From Camelus dromedarius (taxonomy: Eukaryota), in contig NC_087436.1 of NCBI RefSeq assembly GCF_036321535.1, positions 98,892,001-98,956,000 of the forward strand: a stretch of 64,000 bases of DNA, written 5' to 3'. The position numbers and the translations under genes were made by a program. This document shows, in pieces, positions 53,201 to 64,000 of this stretch (the stretch's first letter is position 1; every line of letters starts with the position of its first letter). The notes under the pieces are model-generated. The model had not been told where the DNA came from, ran no database searches, and worked only from the letters and a program-made list of their open reading frames with translations.

Positions 53201-55600
53201 CTTTGATTGTTTAAAATAAATTTTTGAATATTTTATATGGAATGCAAGTTTAGAATAGTAAAAAATTCAATAAAGATAAGCAAATTAATGAAGCCATTCC
53301 GAAATCAAAATAATCACCCAGAACCCTGCTATATAGGGACAATTACCATTAGACATTAGGACCACACACTACTATGGGGCAATTGCTTCTATGCTCAAAA
53401 GTTTCTAACACTCTCAAATTGTGACACTGTTACATGCAGTCCTGGCCTCTGATCCCAAGTCTCTTCTTTATTGTATTATCCTGTCAAATCCTTAATTTAA
53501 TGTTCAGTATTGTCTGAAGGAAGAGCTTGTGGGCTAGGAATCTGGATGCTTGCATTACTGTCCCAGTTTATCAATCACAATGGTATAGTCCTAGGTCACT
53601 GGATGTCTGCAGCTAAATATCACAGATGATATCAATGTACTTCAACATATGAGATATTATGGAAAGAAATCAGGTGAAGGTGAAAGACATTTAAATGTAT
53701 TTTTTGAAAAAAATCAAAGGACAATAGAAGAGAGGCTGGGGGAGCAAAGGTTACTATATTCTTTTTAATAATTACTTTTTAAAATAATTATAAGCCTAGA
53801 TATTAAAATTTATGATACAAGACTTACGAGTTGCTCAGCTTATATCTACCAGATGGAGATGCCCACATCCATCTTTTCAATTTCTAGTTTAGGAAATTTT
53901 CTTTACTTGTCCCTGCTTAAGTGCATATTCACTCCAATATAAAACAAATAAACAAAATGATACAATGGACTGGCTCAATGTTGTTTAAAATCTTTAGTTC
54001 TAACATTCTATAGTTCTTCCAGATCTCATTTTTAATACCTGATAATCAGTATTTCAACTAGTGGCAACAGTATGATAAATTTATTTTTAAAATTGCCCTC
54101 CAGTGGAAAGGTTGAAGGGTTTTCTTTTTCAACATGTAAAATTAGTCTAGACATAGATGTTTACAGATATGTTAACAGATGATCTAACAACTAATTTTCT
54201 GTTCTGATTTATAGCAATCTTTTATTTGGATCTGTAGAATACAAGATACTTTTTTTTTTTTTTTTTTTCTGAACATGTAACCAAACAGCACAGCAGTTTA
54301 AGTTAAAAGTAGTTAGGAAATGCATGATGACTCACAATGTGTTTGAAACAAAGATTGTATGAAGCTTAGCCCCTGGCTAATAAAAACGTTTCTTCACTTC
54401 TGATAATGTCGGAATAGATAGGCAATCCTTGCACACACATTGAGTCTGACTATAAGAATGAATTACCCCAAGAGAAAATCCTTTAAATGCTTATTTAACT
54501 ATATAAGGTGAAAATTCTCAAGCAAGAAAAATTGCAAAGAAAGCTTTGGGGGAAAGAACTGAGTATCAGCATCACAATGAAATCTACAGTTCACACCTTC
54601 CAAGTCAGGTCGTGTAGCATAACCCATATAAGCCTGTTATGCTTAAAATGATTTCTTGAACTTGCTGGTATATTTTTAACACTGAAATAATCAGTTCTCT
54701 TACACCTATAATTTGTTGACATCATTAAATTACCAATAGCACAACCTTTGGATGGAAGCTTTCTCTTTTCCTCTGTATTTAAAATTTTTTCACTTGTATT
54801 TGATAACGCAAACCACTTGACTTAGAATTCCCTGCTTGATATTGTAAAGAATTTACTTTGATTTGAGTTTTTTAAGACTTAAAATGTTCCACCCTGTCAC
54901 CTCTAATTATGGTAACATGCAGGCATGACAGGACAGCCAACTAAACTAGGTATGACATACCAGTCCCACAATTTATCAAATTTGATACACTACCTCCTTT
55001 TACTTTAAATTATAAGATAACTTTGTCGCATTTTTTCATGACTTTTATCTTCTTTTCTTTCTAGATTCAGTAATACAGAAGAAATATCATGTTTTAAAAT
55101 TAGTGCCATAAGGTCTAAGGACTTGAAACAATTAACAAATAGGACAATATATCCTTAAATGTGCAGATGCATTTAAATATATTTGTTAATACAATCACTT
55201 AGGCAGGTTCGATTTATAAAGCATCTGCCAGATATAGCAGCCTAAGCTTTTGACCTTGACTAACAATGCTCTGGAAAACTAGTCATTAGATCCTAATAGA
55301 ATAATGAGATTAAAACAATTCAAGGATGACATTGTGTTCATAGGCCTCACTCCTCCAAGGATCTGGTTAAAAAAAAAAAAAAATTTGCTTACGTTCTTCA
55401 AATTTCTCATACAGATCTGATCTATTCACTATGTATTTACCAATGTCTGTATATTGTAGTGATTAATTGCTTATCTTGTACTCCCCCGTAGAGATGCTTC
55501 TGTAAAATTCCTGAATAAATGTCTTCATGATGTGTTCCTATATTCTGATTGCAGTTTCTGTTTGGCCCTTTTGATTTTGAGATTTGAGTCTGTCATTCAC

Positions 55601-55886
55601 TGTCCTGAGAGCCAAACACAACAGTTATTTTCTCTTAGAGTAGTTAAGATCTACTTCATATCGACCCTTGGGAAAAAGGCAGACATTGTATTTATTAGGC
55701 CTAATTTTAGAGTTTATTGACTTTGTTTTAAAGGAATCATTAAACAATTTCAAAAAATGCCAGGACATCATGGAAGGAACTTTCAGTGTTGCCCTGGGAC
55801 ATTGCCTTATAAACATACCCACAGATAAATTATTTTCTACATAAATTTTGCAATGAGAAGTTACATGTGAATCTGTAGATTTCTCT
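55601..55886 (-). pseudogene. Exon remnant, GREB1 N-terminal domain
   Basis: Acceptor tttatttctgcag|. Long open frame (ORF 55625..55909) reads ...FPKGRYEVDLNYSKRK*LLCLALRT, vs GREB1 [25 protein letters not shown]. Possible donor ACA|gtgaat. Confidence 0.55.
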
Positions 55887-58800
55887 CTGCAGAAATAAAA
55901 ATGCCCCAAATTAGTTTATTGCCCTGTTGGACATTAACCAGTTTTGTATTTTACCTACATATCTTATTTTAACATTTTTCCCCCAAATATCTTTATGTGC
56001 AGTTCCACAAAATATCTTTTGAACCAGTTTTACCTTCTTTTTGGTTCCCTCATATATGAATGGGTTGAATACAACCTTTAAATAGGCTTATAATATGTTT
56101 GTGGGAAAGTTATATTCTTGACTTATTGAAAATAGTACCTTGATAGTTCTGCTGATTATGATAGCTGGGATCACCTGAAGCTTTTATTCTGTTTCTTACA
56201 TTATACATAAATATAGTGAGAGCAGGTCTACTACTGTGAAAGAACATGAAAATACAAAATAATATTGAATGCATAAAATATTGAGTATGTACAATATATG
56301 GACTAAGCATTTTGGTATTTGCTACTTAATTTCTTAAATTTGAGGAAATTGGAGCACAAAGACAAGGAGTTAAATGATCAAGTACAGGCACTATATGAAT
56401 AATGATTGTCAAGAGCATAATAACAAATGCAAGCAATGAAGACGACACTTGACCTGAGTGACGGGCAAGGTAGACAGAAACACCAGAGCACACTGAAGGT
56501 GAGACAGGTTTCTAGAAATGTGACAAACCAAATCTTAATAAAATAGATTAATGCCTGTTATTGAAATATAATAAATGTTTAGGAAAAGGTTTCTTCACTT
56601 TGTTTACATTCATGGTCTACCATCTGTATGAAGATACGAAAACAGAATACAAAGTGTAGACTAGAGGATTGAAGTATTTTAACAACCCCATCAATTCCAC
56701 AGCTATTTTTCTGAGATAAATAAGTGTTGCTTTCTCCCTTCAGAAGTTTCTGTTAGATTCAAGAGATTGACCAGTGTCCTATTAAAATAATAGACAATTC
56801 TATGTTTGGTTCTGCCTCAAACAAGACTTAAAGAGAAGTGATTATAACTGAATCATTTTCTAAAAATTCAAATTAAACTTTGTAACACATTTACTTAATT
56901 TCATTCAAGAAATGTTTGTGGAGGAATGAGTTAGGCAGGTGAAGTCATAGTCATAGAAATGTCTAAAATCTGGTCATTATATTCAAGAAGCTCTATAAGA
57001 TATAAAGTGAAAAATAAGAGATAAAAGATGGTAAAGATAAAAAAGCATTTATAGATCAAATGTTTCATGTAAGATGTGAAAGCTGATGAAATGAAATTGG
57101 CTTCATATACAAAATGATGCTAAGAGAATATACTATTCCTACTGATAATGAGGTAAATATTAAATTTATATTGCAGATGATACTGTGGGACATTCCTCAC
57201 TAACCACAATTCCTCAACTTCTTTCTTTCTATTTACAAATAGAAAAACTAACAATGCTTCAATTTTCTCAATGTTCTTGGTCAATGCCTCTCATTTAAAG
57301 CAATAAGCATTCAACAGACAGCTACTAGACTCAGACTCATGCTACTGACATGAAGGATACAGATATGGCTACGGCCTTTAAACATCCCAAGTCTAACTGA
57401 ACAGAAACCACAGACACAACCAAAGCTTTCTGAGTAAACAACCAGTTCTAAATACTGCACTACTCTCAGTAAAACCCAGTTATGATTTCATAATTGTACC
57501 ATCCTTAATTTTGATGCAAATATAGAAATCAGGTTAGTAGTACATTCCTTCTGAATCTTCTTTCACTCATAAAATATAATTTCATTAGGAATGCTCACCA
57601 CATTGACTCCCTCATTTTTCTATTGGAAATGATTTCAGATCTAAAACGTTTCTTAAATGAGGTTCTGTATGTATGTCCCAATCCATCTCAAGCAGATTCA
57701 ACCACAAATAGCCCACAAATACAATAGTAAGTTTATGGATAGCAAGTTTATAATTCTGATTTTCAACAGAAAATGCTTTATCCTAATTTACCTGGAAGAT
57801 AACAGGAAATTTTGAGATCAAGTTTTCTTTTTCCATTCAACTAATTAAAAATAATTAATTGACTTTCATTAAAGTTAAGTAAAAAGAATTTTGGCAGTAT
57901 ATAAGATCAAAATGATATGCATGTAAATATTACAGATAAGTTTTAAAAGGTTGCAAAATATTCTTATTTGCTAGTTTAAAGTTAAAATCTGTCATAGCCA
58001 AAATTATACCAATATAGAAGATTTGACACTATCGGTCTGATCAGGTAGCCATAGGTTGTATACCAAATAGTATAAATTAAAGCAGATAAAATATGAAGTC
58101 CAAGGAAATGATCTAATGCTCTGAAGTACTGGCAAATTCTAAAGACTTAGAGATTACAAAATTAGAAAGGGACTAGTGAGTAGCTTGAGAGTCACTGGGA
58201 CTTTCAAAAGAGTCATCACAGAAAAAACAGAATTACTTTACAAATGAAAATGGAAATTTCCCAGAGATATCAACCTACCCATATTTGCTCTAAATAGTAC
58301 ACAGATGACTTCCTAAGGGAGCACATATCAATCTTCCTTTCTCTGCAGTGACATATGCAAATATGGTCTTCATGCATCCAACTAAGGTGGCGGGGTAGAG
58401 AAACAAGACATTTACTGATATGAAATTCCTGGAATACTTATCCTATTGCATGAAAAAGTGAAGCAAATAAGAGCCAGGTTGCTGGTGTTGATATTGAACG
58501 AAAGGGTTACCATGGCCTAACTCTTTCATTTCAAAGTGCATTTATTAATCCACTACTATGTTACTGTAGGGAACTAGCTGTTGGAGATAAAATCATGAAA
58601 AAGATAGATGTGGTTCCTGCTGTTACAGTTTATTCAGGTAAAATGCACTCAAGTAAACAAGCAACTCAACACACAGCAATGGCACGTCAATGGGAAAAAT
58701 ATAGGTTAACTGTGGTAGTACATTTAGGAAAAAAATAACTTTCTATGAAGAATTTTGGGAGACATACTTACTGTATAAATAATTACTCATCATGTTAAAC

Positions 58801-59534
58801 ACATTTAATTATACGTATATAATAGGCTGTACATTATACTACAATTCAAATATTACATAAACTAATTTCCTTTACTCTCTACAATATAAATTCAACCTGT
58901 AAAGTCCCACTAGTCTCATTATGAAAAAGAAAACAAAAATGCACACATACGTATGCATATACGTATCTATATTTATGTGAGAACTTAGTCTCTACCAGTT
59001 TAAAAACAATTAATATTACAGTCAATTCTAGTATTCTTTCAAATTAATGACCCCTGTTCAAAAATCACAGGTAGATTTAAAGTCTTAAGCATGCTTAGGA
59101 TGTGCCTTCCTGAATTTTTCTTTAAGAAAATCAATATTTCATGCCAAAAATAGGATGCTTCTTAGAAAATAATTGAAAGAAGGAAATTCATCGTGTAAAA
59201 CAGAAAATCAACACTGAGACAAAGCAAATGTTACATGAATGAGTTAAAATACTTAACTGTGTTTGGATCCTATCTCCTAACTAATTTCCTCCTTTTTCCT
59301 GGTTATCATTTGGGTGAGCCCCTTGAATAACAAAGGCTAATTACACACACATGCTTTACAGTGACCAAAGGCATTTATAAATTTATGTAAATCTGATTAG
59401 ATTTCTTAACATTATGAAGGATCCGTATGTAAGATTCTTATTAATTTCCCCAGGGCTCTTAATGTCAACTTAGGTAAAATTAATTAGAACAACCATATTT
59501 TAGGAAAATTGAGTCAATGAACAAAGACTACTAC

Positions 59535-59645
59535 ATATTTAAAGGAAATAAGTGCAGATGAAAGCTGTTCCTGGGGAATGGAGTAAGGAGAATTTGAGTC
59601 AGTGGCAGATGGAGGAGGAAGAAAAATCAGATAAAATTGTGACAT
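59535..59645 (-). pseudogene. Candidate exon 2 remnant
   Basis: Acceptor ttttaacag|, phase 0, MSQFYLIFLPPPSATDSNSPYSIPQEQ. SQFYL resembles GREB1 SQLYL. Donor uncertain. Confidence 0.4.
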
Positions 59646-60694
59646 CTGTTAAAACACTTTTGAAAGAGTAATTTACACACCGTGGATAAACAACAATTTA
59701 TTCCTGGAAAGTGCTTGCTGCTGAGGTTGTGTTAATTCTCGGTTATGAATAGATTTAGTTATTGATGAATCAACTTGCTTTCGGGAATCTTACTCTGCTT
59801 GGATTGCTAAAAAGTATCCTATTTATATAAGCAAAGTCCATTTGCTTCATGACATTACATCAGCCTAGGATGTTTGGAAGCCAGTCTCCTTGGAGACAAG
59901 GGCATTCTGGAAGTCAGATGCTTTTAGGGCAATCATGTCTTCTAATGGGACAAATGTGTACTTCCTCTATGTGGCTTACTTTTGGTATTTATTTATATTT
60001 CTTTCAGATCTGGAAGGGTCCTAGGAATATACCAAGTTAATTAGCATTATCCTAATTCTTATATTCATCTATCTAAACTGATGTTCTATTTTACCTCAAA
60101 TAAGGTATTTATCTATTACCTGTATTTATTTATCCAAACAAGAGTTTTTGCCACCCTATGTTTAAAAAGAGATTCTGCAATTCCCCTGACTCTGTCCCCA
60201 AGTTTTAAAGAGATCTTGGCTTACCTGCTGAATAAGCCTCAGGTTTCTCTGAGTACAGCATTTTCATTTTCTCATTCTTCTCATTAAAGTTCTATCCTCT
60301 TCATGTACAAAGGTGGGCATTATCTCCAGTTAAGAAAAATAATCACAACCCTAGAAACGGAATGTAATGATTACAAAGCATTTTATGATTTCTCAGTTTT
60401 TTTTCACTTCTATAGAAAAAAAAAAATTCAAACACAAATAAGAAAGAGAAAAGCAACGGATCTTAAAATATTTTCCAACCTGAGATTATTTCAAGACTTG
60501 AGGGAGAAAGGGAGGTAAAGAAAATAAATTTTTAAAGGGGGAGGACAATAAATGTAGAGAAGAAGTAATTAAAGATAAAAAACAAAACAACAATAAAACC
60601 CTCAAGGATTTCATTTAAAGGGATTCCCTTAAAAGGAATCTGTATCAGAATGGAAATGAATAAAGCTGGAATGAAATTAAAATCAATAATAAAA

Positions 60695-60830
60695 TATTAG
60701 AGCTGGAAGGACCTTAGGGAACATTTAGTAAAAAATCCCATTATATAGATAAAGAACAAATCAAAGCTCAAAAAGCATAATTGATTTGCCTAAGGTTACA
60801 TCACTATGGAAATTCAGAGTCAGGCTCATT
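60695..60830 (-). mobile_element. MIR-like fragment
   Basis: ttagagctggaaggaccttagg..gatttgcctaaggttacatc. Confidence 0.55.
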
Positions 60831-61683
60831 TGTAAGACCAGTGCTTCTCCAACCAGAGATTAAAAATAAAAGGAAGGGAGAAAAAGAATGAAAAGTAGAT
60901 CTTAGATCTTTGCTTCACCTGGAGGCTCTGATTCAGCTGGTCTGGGATGAGACTCTGAGTACCTTATTTCCTTGATTAACAGGAAACCATAAAAAGGAAG
61001 ATGAGATGTGGGCTGAATTGGTAGAAAAAGAGAGGACAAAAAAGGAGAGAACTTGTTTTTGATAGTTTTCCTTTAATATGTGTCTTTCTCTCTCAGGAAC
61101 CACGTGAGGAAGGATGGCCGTGCTTCAGATGGCTGGTCAGGTATTTCTCCATTCTTTGGGCAAGTCTACCTCAAAATATTTTTCATAGGCTATCATATCA
61201 AAATCACCAATGATCACACCTATTGTCAGGATGGTCCCAGTATAACTGGAAGTCTCAATGGCTAGGACCCTGAATTCCACATTTTTAATAAGCTCCACGG
61301 CAATTCTTCACTATATCACTTGTGTAACCGTCTCCTCAAGTGCAGGGAGGGCACACTGCTTTACTTTGTATTTGAGATGCTTAGTCCCAACCCTGGCTCT
61401 TAAGAGGTACCCAGTAAATGTGTGATGAATAAATGATTAACTTGAATGAAAAATTATAAATAGAAAAACTTACTAAATTTCAGTGTTTAAAAAATTAATT
61501 TACTCATGTCAACTACTGGATATGAAGGTTTCAGTTCTTGTTCCTTTTTTAATAAAAGGTTGGCTTTTGCATGTTTCTAAAAATATCAGTTGCTGTTTTG
61601 GACTCTATAGAGTCAGATGGAAGTGAGTTTGGGCTTATAAAAATGACATACTGTTTCTAAGATGTCAAGAATACATGGTTAGA

Positions 61684-61979
61684 CACTAATGAACTTATCC
61701 ACAAAACAGAAAGAGACTCACAGACATAGTAAACAAACTTACAGTTATTGGGGGGAAGGAGGTGGGAAAGAATAAATTGGAAGTTTGAGATTTGCAAATA
61801 TTAACTACTATATATAAAATAGATAAAAACCCCAAATTTCTTCTGTATAGCACAGGGAACTATATTCACTATCTTGTAGTGACCTATAATAAAAATAATA
61901 TGAAAACTAATATATGTATAACTGAAGCATTATATTGTACACCAGAATTGTAACTGACTCTACTTCCATTAAAAAAAAG
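61684..61979 (+). mobile_element. Short 5'-truncated lineage L1 (3'UTR)
   Basis: Homologous to 11135-11445. Perfect 12-bp TSD tacatggttaga (61672-61683 / 61980-61991). Confidence 0.93.
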
Positions 61980-62240
61980 TACATGGTTAGAAACCTGTTT
62001 TTACCTTTGAAAGATATTAATCATATCAAATATCTCTAACAAAAGTATCTGAGATTTTAATAATTAAAACAAAACTCCTAATGATGAGTAAAAGTGTAAT
62101 GTACTTGAAGGTTGAAATAAATTTGGAACAGTTTAGTTTCTGTTTACCATTTGCTTTCTTCAAGAGATATTTTTACAAAAAAGTCACTGGGTTGCCGAGC
62201 TAGCCCACATAGACGATGTTATTAATATGCAATCTTCTAC

Positions 62241-62360
62241 CTGAAGCAGTTTACATATGCAATATACAGCATCTGGACCTTGTAATTGAATTTCTGAAGT
62301 TTGCAGCAGTTTGGGAAATGCATATGGGTCAGTAATCATTATCAGGACACCATCATTCAT
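62241..62360 (-). pseudogene. Candidate first coding exon of the GREB1-like pseudogene
   Basis: ATG at 62360, 40 open codons MNDGVLIMITDPYAFPKLLQTSEIQLQGPDAVYCICKLLQ, donor CAG|gtagaa. AFPKLLQTS..QLQ loosely resembles GREB1 RFEEVLHNSIEASLR. Confidence 0.4.
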
Positions 62361-63737
62361 TGTACACATATAATTAATCAACTTATTAATTATAGAAAAA
62401 GTCTCAGGGAAAGCCTAGCACACCTATTTCTTAAACAAATATTTTATCCTTGAGCTGTGAAAGTAGCATCTATATTAGCCCTGGCTTTAGATTACTGTTA
62501 GTAATTTATTTAGGGAGTTTTTAGAACAAGGTCCATAAGAACAGTCAATATAAAAATCTTTCAGACACAGGACCCATCATATATATCCATGGAATTTAAT
62601 CACTTTCTGGTTAAATCACTGCTTTGGATCTTTATCTTCTGAAGCTAATGTCAATAACACTTTATTTTTAATTTCACTAAATTCAGCCAGCTGTAGAAGA
62701 ATCAAATCATGTTCTTTTTTATTATTAGTTTTGGTAGATGATTGCCAGGATAATTAGGGAAAGTAAAATATTCCTCATATTTTTTTTCTTATTACACATT
62801 AGCAAGCCCAGGTTGTTTAATGGAAATACTTTATAGATGCATAAAGAAAAGAGAAAGTCTGTAAATAAATTTTCTCACTTTCTTGGCTCATTAGCTAACC
62901 TGACCTAACCATTTTCTTTCCCAATTCATCAATTCCACTTTTTGCTATTTTTTCCCTCTTCCTAGCAATTCATCTTCATGTTGGACTGACTTATATTATG
63001 ACCTACAAAACTCCTTGTAGAGAGACGTACAGCATTAACATGAAAAAGCGGCTAATTGTGTAAGATAAATGCTAATCCTAAAATAATAATAAAATATCGT
63101 CGGATATCAGCTCAAGGTAGAGACAGGAAGGACTGTTAATAGAGTTGTTGTGAAATGTATGGAGATCTTAAGGAAGATGAACAGCTGTTTACTGCCTTCA
63201 CTGATGCTGGAAATAACTTAGACTTAAAATGAGAGACATGAAGAAGGGATTTCTGTCTGCAGATTTCTAACGAGATTGCTAGTCAGAGGACCATGCAGTC
63301 CATAGAATTTTATTTCTTGTTCGATGCAGCGAATATGAGATAATTTAGGGACTATTCAATTTAGAGGTAGGAGGAAGATCAATTGATGTTTTAAGGGTTC
63401 CTTTTTTTCTAACACCACATTTTCCTGACTTCTCTGGGCCTCAATTTTCCATTTCTGAGCCCCTCTGTTTTGAGATTATAAATTGCCACACAGATCAAGG
63501 CTTAAACTTCTAGCTATTTGGGCCAAAATCCTGCAGAGGATAAGCCATAGCCAAGACAAAGCTGAGCTCTGAAGTTTGAAGTTTTAGAACTGTCACTTAC
63601 ATATCACAATTAAATCCAGTTTTAAGTGCTTTTAAAAACATTTGCTTCTTTCTTATTATATAGACACTAAAAACCCTTTTGATACCCTTGAGGTACATTC
63701 CCAACTAGCAAATTTGTCCCTGTGCCTTTGGTCCATG

Positions 63738-64000
63738 TGTAGTAGAAAAGAATAAATCTGACTCCGTATTAGATCTGTTTCTTTGCCTCTAACCCTGTGC
63801 CCTGTTTCCTGGGCTTAGGCTTGCTGGTTCTGCACCTTTCGCAAAAGAATGCTGCCAACAGCCTAAAATATACAGGAGAGCCCATTCTCAAGGCTTTGAC
63901 CTTTAAGGGTATCAACACTTTTCCATTCATATAAAGATAATAAATTGCATAATAGAAATAACATTTGTCTTGTTGGAGGTTTACAGAAACACCATGACTT
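63738..64000 (+). mobile_element. ERV1-type LTR 5' part (runs off the window)
   Basis: tgtagtagaaaagaataaatctgactccgtattagatctgtttc is a typical LTR U3 start. Confidence 0.65.

Larger units (their letters stand above)
29223..62360 (-). pseudogene. Multi-exon unprocessed pseudogene of a divergent GREB1/GREB1L-family gene (about 20 decayed exons)
   Basis: Exon remnants with AG/GT boundaries and matching phases (e.g. 49604|49477, 45327|45121, 43036|42920, 30467|29930). Peptides are collinear with recalled GREB1 motifs. Multiple in-frame stops, frameshifts and TE insertions. Homology judged by eye, not computed. Confidence 0.72.

Noticed and set aside
29223..62360. Assigning the symbol GREB1 or GREB1L, or calling an intact CDS
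   Set aside because: Identity is far too low for an ortholog, and nearly every exon has stops, frameshifts or TE insertions.

Overview
AT-rich, CpG-poor mammalian DNA. It is very likely camelid, judged from two copies of the camelid-type tRNA-derived SINE and cetartiodactyl-type L1 3' ends. A large part of the window is interspersed repeat: L1 of several ages, L2, MIR, MaLR/ERVL/ERV1 LTRs, and Tigger and hAT DNA transposons. I see no intact protein-coding gene. Manual minus-strand reading shows about 20 decayed exons between about 62.4 kb and 29.2 kb, many with AG/GT boundaries in compatible phases. Their conceptual peptides match, in collinear order, segments spanning human GREB1 as I recall it, from the N-terminal CxxC region through the permuted SF2-helicase-like region to the C-terminal TAGT glycosyltransferase domain. 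Identity is very low, so the best reading is a highly divergent third GREB1-family paralog that is now a unitary pseudogene. It carries many stops and frameshifts, plus an MLT1 LTR and a SINE inserted into exons. The family assignment was made by eye from memory and needs profile-search confirmation.
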